Part shown: positions 39,362 to 52,027 of the stretch, one piece after another
Numbering within the stretch: position 1 is the stretch's first letter
Layout: each line of letters starts with the position of its first letter
From: Vicugna vicugna
Lineage: Eukaryota
Reading direction: 5' to 3'
Length of the DNA stretch: 64,000 bases
Assembly (NCBI GenBank): GCA_013265495.1
Contig: MU058037.1
Location: 931,498 to 995,497 of the forward strand
The notes under the pieces: model-generated
Told to the model about the DNA's origin: nothing
The model's database searches: none
Seen by the model: the letters and a program-made list of their open reading frames with translations, nothing else
Made by a program: the position numbers and the translations under genes

Positions 39362-39818
39362 ACATTAGCTGCTGTTATAGATAAGCCCCAAAGTCTAACT
39401 GGCTTAACACAGGAAAAGTGTAGTTCTCGTTCATGAGAAGCCCACTCAGAGGCTGAAGGTAGGAAAGGATGACACTGCTCCGGGTAGTCACTCAAGGTTC
39501 AGCGGGAAGGTGGTTCTTCTGCCTTCTCCAACAAGTGGCTTCCGAGATCACCTTGGGTGTTGCCAAGCAGCTATCAGATGGGAGGAGAGAGACAGAGAGC
39601 ACAGGATCCCTTGAGAAGCTTCTAAGAATTAGGTATGGATATGGTATAGATCAATTCCATTTACATTTAATTGGCCAGAACTCAATTACATGACCACTCC
39701 TAGATGCAAAGGGGTCTGGGAAATGTAGTCTCTGGCTGGGCAGCTGCTTTCCATCAACATTATTACACCATGGAAGGAAAAGCACAAATACTTGGTGGAC
39801 AGCTAATATATTTACCAT
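39362..39818 (-). mobile_element. Old MLT1 (MLT1K/L-like) solo LTR
   Basis: tagctgctgttatagataagcccc...tggcttaacaca; ttggccagaactcaattacatgacc...ctgggaaatgtagtctctggctggg. Confidence 0.75.
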
Positions 39819-40799
39819 GGTGCTCCATAAGTCTTAGCTTTTAGAACATATAATGGCAATGGCTGTAATTTTTTTCTTTGCACCAGGAACCGAAAAAAAT
39901 TAAGGAGAGGTTAAAACTCCATCTCGCAAAGCAACCTACCACTACTATGGCAGAGTCTTGCTAAGTATGCCTCTTCCCACCCTTCTCCCATGCCCCAGAC
40001 CCCCACGCACTGTGATCTTTCAATCCCTAATTTCAAATACTGCACTTAATTCTTGGTGATTCATTATGTATTTAGTAATGAAAATAAACTCTCCCAGGCC
40101 ACTTCAGAATGAATCAATCATCTTCCATGGGAAAGTCCAAGATAGGAGTATCTGGTGGTCTTAGAGAGGAAGGGCAGGGGGATGACTTGAGGTTGAACAG
40201 CCCTTTGATGGCAGGTAATTTAGGGCAGGCCAAGTTTTCTTTTGGGAGAAAGACGTATTCCCACACAACAATGAAAAGTAAAACTGTTGCAGGAGATTAA
40301 CCCCTCCTACTTGAGGTGGACACTATCTAGGGATTCAAAATCCAGATGTGCGTACTCATTTGGGTAAGTGGAACTGACCACTTCTGTGATCCAAATTTAT
40401 TAAGACTTCCTAGGGGAAAAAAACCTCTCCCTGCACACACATTATGAACCTGGGATTTGTGGACTAGGATGTCCATGGATGGTCTTCAGGGGGTCTACAG
40501 GTTCCCTGAGCTAGTATGCAAATGTGTGCATGTGTATACACGCATGTATACACACGCACATCCCTTCATGCTCACCACTTTCATATAAGCTATGGAAACC
40601 ACTTTCTGAACCACTGTCAGTTACGTGCCAAGAGTTCAGCAGGATTTCCACAGTGTCACATGGTATGAGTTAAGAAACAGGCTTTTCTGGGGGTAAAAGG
40701 GAATCCACAAGTCCCCCATCCTCCTATTATTCCATACGAGACATCCTGAGACCTGGATGGTCTGCTAGGCATGCAGTACGGATTTGTGCTTCCCTAGAA

Positions 40800-41008
40800 A
40801 AGGGCTTCTCAGCCAGGGATGAATTGTGCCTTGGGGTCATTTGCTAGTGTGTGGAGATAGTTTTGAGTGTTACAATCAGAAGGGGTGCTTTTAGTACCCA
40901 GTGGGTAAATGCCAGAGATGCTGTTAGTCATCCTACAAAAGACAGGTCTTCCTCCACAAGGAAGAACTATTGGGTTCGTATCAACAGTGCTAACGCTGAA
41001 AAATCCTG
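40800..41008 (+). mobile_element. MER20 MITE
   Basis: ggcttctcagccagggatgaattgtgcc...catttgctagtgtgtggagatag...tcaacagtgctaacgctgaaaaatcctg. Confidence 0.75.
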
Positions 41009-41124
41009 CATGAAAGGGACTTTGCCAATATGGTGGTCTCTCTCCAAGTAGGTTCAGAATTCCAAAAGATCTGCTCTGTTAATCTTGCATCCTACAGTAA
41101 GACAGGCATATTCCTACCTTCAGA

Positions 41125-41590
41125 TTTTAGTTCTCCCCCAAAGCGGAGCCTGAGACAAGGCTGTCATTACATGGCTTGCGTATCAGTTGTTTATTTTAGA
41201 AAGTGATCCCAAGGAACAGAAATGAGGATACTAGGAAGAGTGAAACAGAGAGGCTGCAAAGCCAATCTAAGGGCACATTATTAAGCAAGCTGTCACCACT
41301 GTAAGCAACTGGAGTTCAGTCTCTCTGGAGATCCCCGGAGGGGCCATGTAGAGTGCACCTCAGGACTGTCTGCCCTAGGAACCAATATTTTCCTACTGAC
41401 TGCCATTCCCCAGCGATCAAGGATTTTCCCCTGGGGCTTAGCTCCCTTAAGGTTTGTGCATACCCTCAGAACACAGAGGCTGCAGGGAAGCCTTAGGTCA
41501 GCTCATTAAGGCAAGATGTTGTTAGGTTCCATCTGCAGATAGCTGGTTGCCACCACAGGAAGAGACTTGGGCCAAGAGGAAATGAGGCTG
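41125..41590 (-). mobile_element. ERVL LTR33/LTR16-like solo LTR
   Basis: ttctcccccaaagcggagcctgagacaagg...aagtgatcccaaggaac; related to the element at 50445. Confidence 0.65.
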
Positions 41591-43984
41591 GGCACAAGAT
41601 ATGTCCAATACCCTCACTGTAGCAATTTATTTTGCAGTAGGGGCCCTGTGTTAAGCCCTCCCTGCTGCCCACTATTCAGCTTTACAGAGAGAAACAAGCA
41701 ATCAAGCTTCTGGCAATTTTTCTAGCCAAAAGCGAGGCGCTAGCCTGGAGGGAGGCTGATTCTCTTTCCTGGTAATATTCCATTTCTATCTGTCCTAGAT
41801 TTTTTTTTCCAAACACCTCCTCGGTGGTATGATTAGGATGCCCTGCTGCCCAGAGAGCATCCTGGGTGAGGCTTTTCTCTCCATTCTCTGTTCCTAGGGC
41901 ACAAGGCTTTCAGATTATTGAGGGAGGAGGGGAAGCTGCTTCAGCCACCTGGGGCCACGCTTCAGTACCCAGGATTCTGCTCTCACGGCAGCGGGTCCAG
42001 CACTCCAGAATTTCCAAACGACTGGCTGCTCCAAGTTCCAGTCAACATCAGATGAACCATGAGGCTACTAAAGCACTGCTCATTCCTGGGTTGAGGAGCC
42101 TGGCCTGCCCTCTCAGCGGCTATGGTGACTCACGATTACTCTGGTCATCCAGTGCCCTTCCCTTGTCTCACATGACCCTGCTCACCAGCCCTCCAGGTAC
42201 CTTGTCCATAACCTCAGGAGGGGTATCCCCTATATCCAGGGACCCTTTCCTCCTGGACAATAGGAATGTTCCTCACCTGATGTGCCAGGTAGGTCCATTT
42301 GTGGTTATCATCTGTTGTGTTAAAAGGCTCAGAACAAATTTCACACTGTCACACCATACAGAGATAGTGGAAACTTACAAGGCCAGGGTCATAAGAGAAG
42401 AGAGGGCATAAATGCCCTCCCTCTCATAACCTACATGGAGAGGTAGCCCAGGGACAGGGCAGGGGTTTGCATTCCAGGAAAAAGATTCTGGGCCTTTCAC
42501 TCTCAATCTTACAGCAAATATGTGAGAAAGTAGTCCTGCCAGAGAGAATACAAACACACTCCTGGGCAGCAAACTGACTAGATCTGGGTCCCGGTTGTTT
42601 AGAGGAGTTGCCTGGAACCACCAACTGGCAGGTATCTGGAGCCTCAGGGGACCCATGGGAAGCTACAGCCAGCTTTGTCCAGGTATGGGACCCACTAGTG
42701 GGAAACCGAGCTTGGGAGCGGCCAATCCCACTGGGCGAAACAACAGTAACTAGGCGGAATTGAGTCTTATACTCAGGAATATGATACTGCCAGAACTTTC
42801 TCTCTTTCCATTACTGAGAAATATAATGACTTATTTCATATAGTATACAGCCTGTTTCCATATTTATGTAAATCTTATGAATAAAAATAGGTAAGTTGCT
42901 TTTTATTTGGTTGCCATTTACTTATCTTCTTTATTGAGTGGCAGTTAGAACCCACTTCCTTTTTAACAAATGAGACACGATCAGATTTCTCTTTTAGAAA
43001 AAAATTTTACAAGCAAGGATAGAAAAAGGATAAGCAAATGAATATTGAGGACCCAGACCCTCCTGCTGGGAGAAAGAAGGGTCCCAGTCCAGCCAGCTCA
43101 CTGCCCAGGCTACCCAAAGTAAGCTACCTGTTGTACCATCAGCTCCCTACATCCCAGACCCCCTGCAGCATTCTAAAGCCTCAGCAATGTCTCAGTGAAC
43201 TATTTCAGCTAGCAGTACTAATTTTATTGCTACGTCCGCCCTCACATTCATGTGTGTACCATTCACTTCCTTTTCTTACAATATTTTCCTTACTCTGCAT
43301 ATACATATCAGCTAAAAACCTCCGCTACTTACACTGATTACAGAAAAGAATGTGACGGTAAGTAGACAGATTTCCTAGGCAACTAGCCACATGACCACCC
43401 AATCCCTTCAAAAATAACAAAAAATCAAATAGTTAAATAAATCAGAGAGATTAACCATCACTGCACTAAAATTCCAATGTTGATGTACTTCATTGCTAAA
43501 ATATAACCTAGAAGAATTGAAGGGGCTAATGCTGACTTTCTATATCGGCTGGGAAACAATGGAGATACACTGACAAGCAAAACATCGCCTCTGTCCAGAG
43601 CCTCTAGCCACTACTGCATCCATTAATTTCCCACCCAGATGACATCATGCCTCCTAATGTTTGCTTTGCCACTTCTATTTTTCCCAATCAGCTGCAGTGA
43701 TCCCCTTGCTAAAGAAAGTAAAAACAAGTGCCTGGTAAGGAAAACACAGAGAAAGCTCCATTGGTATAGACAGACTCATGCCATCCTCAGCTCTGACAGC
43801 AGCCTTAGAAAAGCAGCAGCCAAAATGCTCTCTTTCCATTCTTAAAGATGGGCGGGGGAAGGGGGTAGAGAAAGGAAAGATAAAGTTATAATGTATATTG
43901 GGGAGGTCTCCTCAAATAAAGGAGGTAGTAAAAATTATTGCCATTGTGTTTGAATGCAATTGATTTCCGGCACGTTTATAGCAC

Positions 43985-44305
43985 AGAAGAAATAAACATG
44001 AGGAACTGCAAGTAAACAAAACTGCAAATGTCGTTTGGTCCTGAGGGGTGCAGCACCCGAACAGCAAGTGAAGAGAATCAGTAATCACGTTTTCCTCCAG
44101 CTCCTGGTTAACAAATCAGATGGCAGCACAGGGCTCTCTAGGTATCACGGCATTCTAAAAATAACCACCTCGCCTCCTTATGTAACCCGGAGGCAATCTC
44201 ATTCCATTTCTAAATTTAGAGCCCTCGGCAAAGGCCAGTCTGGTGGGGAAGTGGCTGGTGATGCCAGTTAGCGGAATGACTCATAGAGCTCAGCTAATAA
44301 AAATT
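43985..44305. promoter_or_regulatory. Candidate enhancer (FOX, MEF2 x2, TEAD x3, AP-1, PAR-bZIP motifs)
   Basis: gtaaaca 44012, ctaaaaataa 44155, ttatgtaa 44178, cattcc 44200, ctaaatttag 44210, ggaatgactca 44273; lies in apparently repeat-free DNA. Confidence 0.45.
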
Positions 44306-45044
44306 AAATGTGTCTCTCTCTGGAATAATATATGAAGTGATATACAGGTATGGAAAGCATTTCTAAGAGCCCCAAATAAGATAAAGACAGCTCTGTCATT
44401 GCAATCAGGGAGGGAGAGGACAGCTGGAATTATCTTGTAATAGAAACAAAAACCCTATTATGTTTATCTGGTCATCTCATGAAGAGGAATTCTGAAAGCA
44501 TCAACTTGCAGCCGCTGCTTGCGGACTGTTGATATGTGTGGGTCAGCAACTCGGTTTGTGTGACAATTTCTGAAGCAAAAACACAATTTACGGACTTTGA
44601 AGTTTTCCATTAAACAGACACCTGCTTTCCTTCTCTGACCCTCTCACACTGTTCATCTCTAGTATCCGTTCTAACAGCAAGTTTACAACAGAACTACACA
44701 CACACACACACGGACATATGCACAACACAGAAGCATTTCTCCTAATTAATATACTAGGTTGGCTATGTAATAAAATCAGCTTTGTTTCTAGTCTCTAATC
44801 ACAAATTATTGTTTATCTGGGTAAAGCTTCATTTACCCAGCATGCACACCACCAGAAAGTTCTAACAGCCAGAACTGCTTTGCAGTAATGTTCCACAGTC
44901 ACAAATGCTCAAGATGGTGCTTGAAGTGTTACATACCCCGAAGTATCTTCTGAATTATGAGAGAAAGTCAGTTTTCTGGTTTGAAAGAAATATATTAAGA
45001 TTCTTTGAAAACTGTCTGTTGTAGATGGATGAGAGGAATTTTCC

Positions 45045-45230
45045 ATGGGCCTCAGGAACTGAAAACCTGGATTCAAGTCCAGACCCGTTGGCAGTTCACT
45101 TCGGGATAATTTGTTTAAACTTTCTGAGCCTCAAAAACTCCTCACCTGTAAAATGGGGCTAATAATATCGTAGCAAAGTATTATAAGTCAAATGAAATAT
45201 TATATGCAAGAATACTTTGCAAATTATAAA
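45045..45230 (+). mobile_element. MIR SINE
   Basis: acctggattcaagtcc...ttctgagcctca...cctcacctgtaaaatggggctaataata. Confidence 0.8.
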
Positions 45231-45529
45231 CGGTTCGTTTTAGGTTTTTATGCTCTAAAGGCTAGGTAGCATTTAAACTTTATCAGAATACTCCTTTCAA
45301 TAACCATTCTAGAGAAATTAAAATTTATTGTACTTAATTTATGCATTTATTGGTAAGAAAATTGGAGCTACATCCATAATGGAAGAAAACATTTGTCAAA
45401 TGTATAACTTCCACTTCATTGACACATCTGTTCCAAAAGCTAATTATTTATTTAAATATGAGCATCTTCCCCAAGTACAGCCTACAGGGAAATGAGATGC
45501 TGGGAAAGAAGGAAATATGACAGTAACAA

Positions 45530-45780
45530 CTAACACAATATTCCAAGCTCTTGTTCTGCACCCTTCTAAGTACTTTACAAATACCAATGCGTTTAATGCC
45601 CCTAACAACCCTCTGAGAGGGTACTGTTATTGGCTTCATTTGATAAATGGGGAAACTGAGATGCTGAGAGATTAAAAATAACTTTTCTGAGGTCTCTCAG
45701 CATCTGAGTGACAGCTAAGAGACCCAAACTCAGATTCCACTCTTGAATGTGGGTGTTTAACCACTGCACACATTGCCTGG
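45530..45780 (-). mobile_element. MIR SINE
   Basis: aacaaccctctgagagggtactgttatt...aaatggggaaactgag. Confidence 0.8.
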
Positions 45781-46480
45781 ACCTGGGAGCTTCTTTTCCC
45801 CACAATGAGGATGCAGCCTGCTGACCCTGAGTCTGATTTAAGATTCAGGAGGGTCCCAGACACTTGTCCGTATTTCCTATTACCTATATATGCATTGCCT
45901 GTGGAAAGTTTCCCCAAAAGCTCACATTAGCCAGTTGTAAAACACACAATCACAGCATTTAAAAGGAAGCTCTCCCAGTCCAACAATACCAAACCTCATC
46001 TCAGGGTCAAAAGTATCAAAGGCTGCTCTGCTGAGGTCTCTTTTCTACACCTGCAGCCCCCTCGCTTCTATAAAGTCTCCGATCCTTGACTAAATAAATC
46101 AGGAATTTACTGTGTGGTGAGTGCAGGGTTTCCAGTCATTCCAGAGCTGAGGAGGAACTCATCACAAGAAAGCCGGGCTGACTTTGCAAGTATATTTCTG
46201 CCTCTACAACGTCGAAAATTCACAAGGAAGAGCCAGTGTGACTTAAGTTCTAAATACACTAGATAACAAAACCAATCTGGGGACCCAGTGCTATCACATC
46301 TCCATCAGTAACTAGGGGGTTAGAACTTGACTGGAACACTAATCTAAGAGCTCCTGCGTTGCCATCTGTAAAATGCTCATTGAAGAACTTCAAAGCCTCT
46401 AAAAAGTCCACTGCTCTAAAGACACAGGCTTGACCTGAGCAAACAAAGAAACTTAAAAGTACAACTATACACCTAAGACA

Positions 46481-46652
46481 AGTATGGGTGATTGTAACAG
46501 ACTTTCTGGTGGGGTTTTAGGGCGTTTGCTTCCAGGGCTCAAGCTTTGGGGGAAGTTTCTTGCCCAAGAGAAACTCCCCAAAGTGCTTGGACCCTGGAGA
46601 CAAATGAGGGCCTAAAATCCAACCAGAAAGTCCATTACAATCATCTCCTACT
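46481..46652. repeat. ~170-nt imperfect inverted repeat (fold-back), possible MITE relic
   Basis: The ~80-nt arms pair in blocks: tgattgtaa/ttacaatca, gactttctggt/accagaaagtc, ttttagg/cctaaaa, tccaggg/ccctgga, tttgggg/ccccaaa, agtttct/agaaact; 8-nt loop. Confidence 0.9.
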
Positions 46653-47475
46653 CTCATGTGGGTCTGCTGACTCAACAAGAAACATCTGCAAAATCTTAGT
46701 CTACCCCAGCATACAAAGTCTGTCGGGGACACCCTCTAAAACTCCAATCAGAACCACAGAAGCTACCCATCTAATGAGCTGGACCTGGAGGGCTTGGTGA
46801 GCATTAATGCTTGAGATAGAAGGAAATGTGATGCAGAGTCAACGACTGAAGCACCAGAAAGAAATGGTGCTACAATTGCTAAATTCAGAATAAATACTTT
46901 ATGAGGGAGGTACATACACATACACACACACACACAGAATATTCTCCTCTCTTCTAATTAGCTGTCTAGCTAATTCAACTAAACAGAAAATAGGAAATTA
47001 CAAGGGAAAAAAAATCTTAGCAATCAAAAGAGATGGTGACAAGGTCATGCGTAAAGCTCATACACTTTATGCATAGAAACGAGCCTCATTCAGAAACGAG
47101 CCTCATTTAGAATTTGTGTTCTAACTCGATGTGCTGTTCCAACAAACTTAAGTTATCTGGTTGCTGTATTAAAAATAAGAGTGACTTAGTTTGAAGCGGG
47201 GAGTGGTAGAAACAGACACACTGACTGGGATCATAGGGAGAGAAAAGTCACAGCAACTTAAAAAGGGAACGCAAGGTAGAATTCAATAGATACAGTCACA
47301 ACAGGCCATTTAAGGGATCAAAGCCCTTTGATTATATCAGTTGGGCCTGAAGACTCACCACCACTGCTGCTAGTCATGGTGATCCTAAATTATCCAAAAT
47401 GTTTAGACCATGTTCAGAATTCTCGAGTGAAGGAATCGAAGAGGACAGAAATACATTATTAAAAATTTGCATCAC

Positions 47476-47775
47476 TCTCAGACATAGTGAACAATCTTAT
47501 GGTTACTGGGGAAAAGAGAGTGGGAAGGGATAAATTTGGGAGTTTGAAATTTACAAATGTTAGTTACTATATATAAAAATAGATTTTAAAAGTTTCTTCT
47601 GTATAGCACAGGGAACTATGTTCAATAGCTTGTAATAACCTTTAATGAAAAAGAATATGAAAACAAATAAATGTATGTATATGCATGACTGGGACATTGT
47701 GCTGTGCACCAGAAACTGACACATTGTAACTGACTGTATTTCAATTTTTAAAAATTAAATTGAATTTAAAAAAAA
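47476..47775 (+). mobile_element. L1 3'UTR fragment (same subfamily as 61907-62143)
   Basis: gggataaatttgggagtttgaaatttacaaatgttag...gacacattgtaactgactg; A-rich tail. Confidence 0.9.
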
Positions 47776-47779
47776 CAAA

Positions 47780-48826
47780 AGAACAAGATACAATAAACCT
47801 CCTAGAGGAAAACATAGGCAAAACATTATCTGACATACATTTCAAAAATTTTCTCCTAGTAGAAATAAAAGCAAGAATAAACAAATGGGACCTAATGAAA
47901 CTTACAAGCTTCTGCACAGCAAAGGAAACCNNNNNNNNNNNNNNNAGGCACATGAAAAAATGCTCAGTATCACTAATTATCAGAGAAATGCAAATCAAAA
48001 CTACAATGAGGTATCACCTCACACCAGTCAGAATGGCCGTCATTCAAAAATCCACAAATGACAAATGCTGGAGAGGCTGTGGAGAAAGGGGAACCCTCCT
48101 ACACTGCTGGTGGGAATGCAGTTTGGTGCAGCCACTGTGGAAAACAGTGTGGAGATTCCTCAAAAGACTAGGAATAGACTTACCGTACGACCCAGGAATC
48201 CCACTCCTGGGCTTGTATGCAGAAGGAACCCTACTTCAGGATGACACCTGCACCCCAATGTTCATAGCAGCACTATTTACAATAGCCAAAACATGGAAAC
48301 AACCTAAATGTCCATCAACAGGTAACTGGATAAAGAAGAGGTGGTATATTTATACAATGGAATACTACTCAGCCATAAAAACTGACAACATAATGCCATT
48401 TGCAGCAACATGGATGCTCCTGGAGAATGTCATTCCAAGTAAAGTAAGCCAGAAAGAGAAAGAAAAATACCATATGAGATCGCTCATATGTGGAATCTAA
48501 AAAACAAACAAACAAACAAAAACAAAGCATAAATACAGGACAGAAATAGACTCATAGACAGAGAATACAGACTTGTGGTTGCCAGGGGGGCGGAGGGTGG
48601 GAGGGGATAGACTGGGATTTCAAAATTGTAGAATAGATAAACAAGATTATACTGTATAGCACAGGGAAATTTACACAAAACGTTATGGTAACTAACAAAG
48701 AAAAAAATGTGACAATGAGGGTGTATATGTCCATGTATGACTGAAAAATTGTGCTGAACACTGGAATTTGACACAACATTGTAAAATGATTATAAAAATA
48801 AAAAATGTTAAAAAAAAACAAAAAAA
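47780..48826 (+). mobile_element. Young 5'-truncated L1: ORF2 C-terminus with Cys-rich domain, 3'UTR and A tail
   Basis: ORF 47760-48500 translates [31 protein letters not shown]...[18 protein letters not shown]...TMEYYSAIK, typical of L1 ORF2. Confidence 0.97.
47931..47945. other. Assembly gap (15 N)
   Basis: Run of n within L1 ORF2. Confidence 1.
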
Positions 48827-50444
48827 TTTCCATCAAATAATTAACATAAATAAAATGTTGACACATGTATAATTTTCATCTACATGGAAAATTTCTTTAA
48901 CTGAATCATACCATTTCCTTCTAATGTCAGCACATTTACTGGTGATTATCCTGAAGAATCTTTGCAGTGCACCATACTAAGAACTTGCAGCAAAGGTATG
49001 CAAATTAAGACAGGAAGATACAGAAACAGGGTTTAGGGTTTGCTCTCTGGGCAAGGTTAATGGTGAGGCTGAATGCAATGGAGAAGATCATAAATGCTGA
49101 GACAGGAGAGGGAAGCGCAGTTGCAGTTGGAAAGACATTATCATTTTAGATACAAAAACCCTGAAGTGATGAGAACATTATCAAAGCTCTGAAATCACAA
49201 TCAAAATCCTTATCATAGACAAAAAGATGCTATCTCTGAAATTTAAATCCCTGATCCTGTTGGCTTATGATTTCTTGAGATTGCAGCACCAACACCTGGG
49301 TTTTCAAGGGCTGCCTTGAAAATCTCTGGGGGACAGTAATCTTCCACAAAATCCAGTTCCACGCTGTTTTGGTGTGAAGGAATCCCACACAGGGTGTTTG
49401 TTACCAGCACCTTTAAAGGTAGGTGAGCAAATGAGATAGCCAGAAGACTTCTGGGATGTGGAACTTGGCTGAACAAATCTTCTCACTTCACGCTTCAAGC
49501 TGGCTGCAAAGCACTAAGCAATATGGTGCTTGTTTTGTGCCATCAGGGCCAGGAAGCTCAACAAATTCTAATATATATATGTATATACATATATATATAC
49601 ACACACACACACACATACACATATTCTTAGCTGAGTCCACAGTATAAAGACTCTTTATTTCCTCCTAGAGGTGCAGAATATTGATTTAACAGCTATCCCC
49701 TGGGCAGAGAGACAGAATTAAGATTGTATTTGCCTTTGTCCAGAAATCCTTCCCATCCAACAGGGCGTGAAGGAATGACCTACACAAGCAGGACCTGGTA
49801 TGTTTATCTTTCTTTCTCAGGTATTTGTATTTTCCCTATATATGTGTATATATACATCATAGCTTCCCTCATGACTACACTGCACTGAAAGAAGTTGGAA
49901 TAAGAAGATGGAAAATCCCCTTACAGAAATCCCTACTGTCAAACAGCATCTCTTACTGAGTCATTTACTCCTCCAACTGCCTAGAAAATAGCCTCTTTCA
50001 GTGAACTAAATGGCATCTCAAGTTGCTTGAGAAATCTAACGCACCTTCTTCTAACAGGCAATCTGTTCTCTTTTCATATGTAGCATTAGGACTATTATCC
50101 TTAATTCCATACCCACACGGGCTGTTACCTAGGCAACAATAGTCTTGGATGACAGACTGGTCAAGGCAAAATTTCCATCCATCTCTGTGAATCAAATGGG
50201 TGGCTAATATGAACAAAAACACCAAAATTGACTTTCAAACAGTTACAGAAGGAAATTTGCAAAAATAGCTAGAATCTCAGTGGTCAAAAGGAAGGTCTGT
50301 GTGTGGGGAGGTGTTTAGGCTGTTTCCAAGGCATACAGAAAAGGTCTCTACAAGTCATTTAGTCTCCCCAAGTCAAGCAGCAACTGAGACGGTGCCGGTG
50401 GTTGTCTGAGGACTTCTTTCTGTTCCTTAGAGGGAAACGTGTGA

Positions 50445-50720
50445 TGTTCTATCCATTTGGGATCTCCCAGAAGCAGATCTTGAGTCAAGGACTTGGGTAT
50501 GAGTACTACCTGGGAGAGGATCCCAGGCAGGCAGAAAAGGGAAAGAAGCCAACAATAGATAAATGAACTAGTTACTGCTGTGGGAAACTGGGGCATAATC
50601 CCACTGGAAACCCCCTAGAAAGAGTATGGAACAAAACTCAGAGTCGTCTGAATGACAGCAAGGAAGCTGAGGTATGTATCCACCTATCCCCAAGCCTTCC
50701 TGGTTGAGGGTCGCTCCCAT
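50445..50720 (-). mobile_element. ERVL LTR33/LTR16-like fragment
   Basis: ctcccagaagcagatcttgagtcaaggacttgggt...ctgctgtgggaaactggggcataatcccactgg. Confidence 0.65.
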
Positions 50721-50739
50721 GCATGGACTCCCAATCACT

Positions 50740-50900
50740 TTCCGTGACTTTCCTAACTTCTCTGTGCTTCAGTTTCCTCATCTGTAAAATGGGATTAATA
50801 CTAATGCCCACGCTGGGATTGTCTTGAGAGCTACATGAGATGATCTGTATAATGTGCTTAATGTAATGCCTAGCACATCCTAAGCAATCACTAAATGGGG
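50740..50900 (+). mobile_element. MIR SINE
   Basis: ctctgtgcttcagtttcctcatctgtaaaatgggattaata. Confidence 0.88.
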
Positions 50901-51149
50901 AGTTGTGGGGAAGAGGAGGGCCTGTAGCCTGAGGGGATGGAGACTGTGGAAAGTGAGATGTTTAATAATAAAGTTGGAAAATGACATCCTAGAGGGACAG
51001 GAAGGGGATAGAATCAGGAATCAACAGCATTATATTCCCTAGGGAATTCTGTTTTAAACTCTGATAATGATTTCTCCTATTGCTTTATAATGAGCTGTTT
51101 ATGGGTCTATAGTTTTCCACTAGACTCAACTCCTCCGTGAACCTATAAT

Positions 51150-51950
51150 TGTTGAGCTCAATCTATATGTCAGACACTGTTTGAGGCACTAAAGTATTGA
51201 ACCAAATGCCCTCACAGGGCTTCCAGTGGGGGACAGGAAGATAGGCATAAATAAAGACATAAATATTTAAGAGAAAAGGTAGTCATGAGAGCAGGATAAA
51301 AAGAGGATGAGGGCACCAGAGTGGAGGGTGAGGATGATCAGGAAGTCTTTGCTGATAAATTGACATTTAAGCAGAGACCTGATGAAAGTGGAGGAAGGGG
51401 TCACATGTACATCCTGAAAGGAGCATTCCAGACAGAGGAGAGAGTGGGGAATTAAAGCCTTGAGGCAGCATGAGCATCACTTAAGAGTGTGAGGAAGAGA
51501 GTGGAGGCCAGTGGGTTGGCCAGTGGGGCTGTACTGGAAAGAGCAAGAGGGGAGCTGTCTGAGCTAAGGTCCAAGAGGTAGCTGGAGGGTAGGGTCATCT
51601 AAGGTCCATGGGACGGGACCTCAAACTAATGCATAAAACAATCACAGGAGATGCTTTGAAAAATCCCAAATTCCAGGCTGCTGCACAAACAAGTTTAATC
51701 ATCATCTGGGGGTGGGACCCAGGCATCAGATCCCTAGGCGACTGATATGTGGCAAAATATGAGAACCCCTGACCTAGGTCTTTGAAGGCCATTTTACAAA
51801 CTTGGGCTTTTACTCTGAGAAAGAAAGCTATTGGACAATTTTGAGCAGAGAAAGGATATGATTTGTATTTTAAAAGGCTAACTCTGGCTGCTGCATGTGG
51901 AAAAGACTAGAGGGGAGAGAGGAGTGACACAGCTAGACCAGTTAGGAGGC
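51150..51950 (-). mobile_element. L2 3' fragment with a MER5B-like insertion (~51617-51772)
   Basis: ttgttgagctcaatctatatgtcagacactg, gacatttaagcagagacctga, ggcttttactctgag. Confidence 0.8.
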
Positions 51951-52027
51951 AAAACACTGTCTTATTGATTTTCTTCTATCTCCAGTGCTCAGGACAATTT
52001 CAGACAGAAAATTAATATCCCAAAGAC

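Noticed and set aside
47075..47107. Tandem duplication of agaaacgagcctcatt
   Set aside because: An ordinary small slippage duplication with no functional indication.
47760..48500. 246-aa ORF as a host gene
   Set aside because: It is the C-terminus of a truncated L1 ORF2 and spans an N gap; it has no real start codon.
49570..49622. (TA)n(CA)n microsatellite, with similar short tracts near 15667, 44696 and 46915
   Set aside because: Common short mammalian microsatellites.
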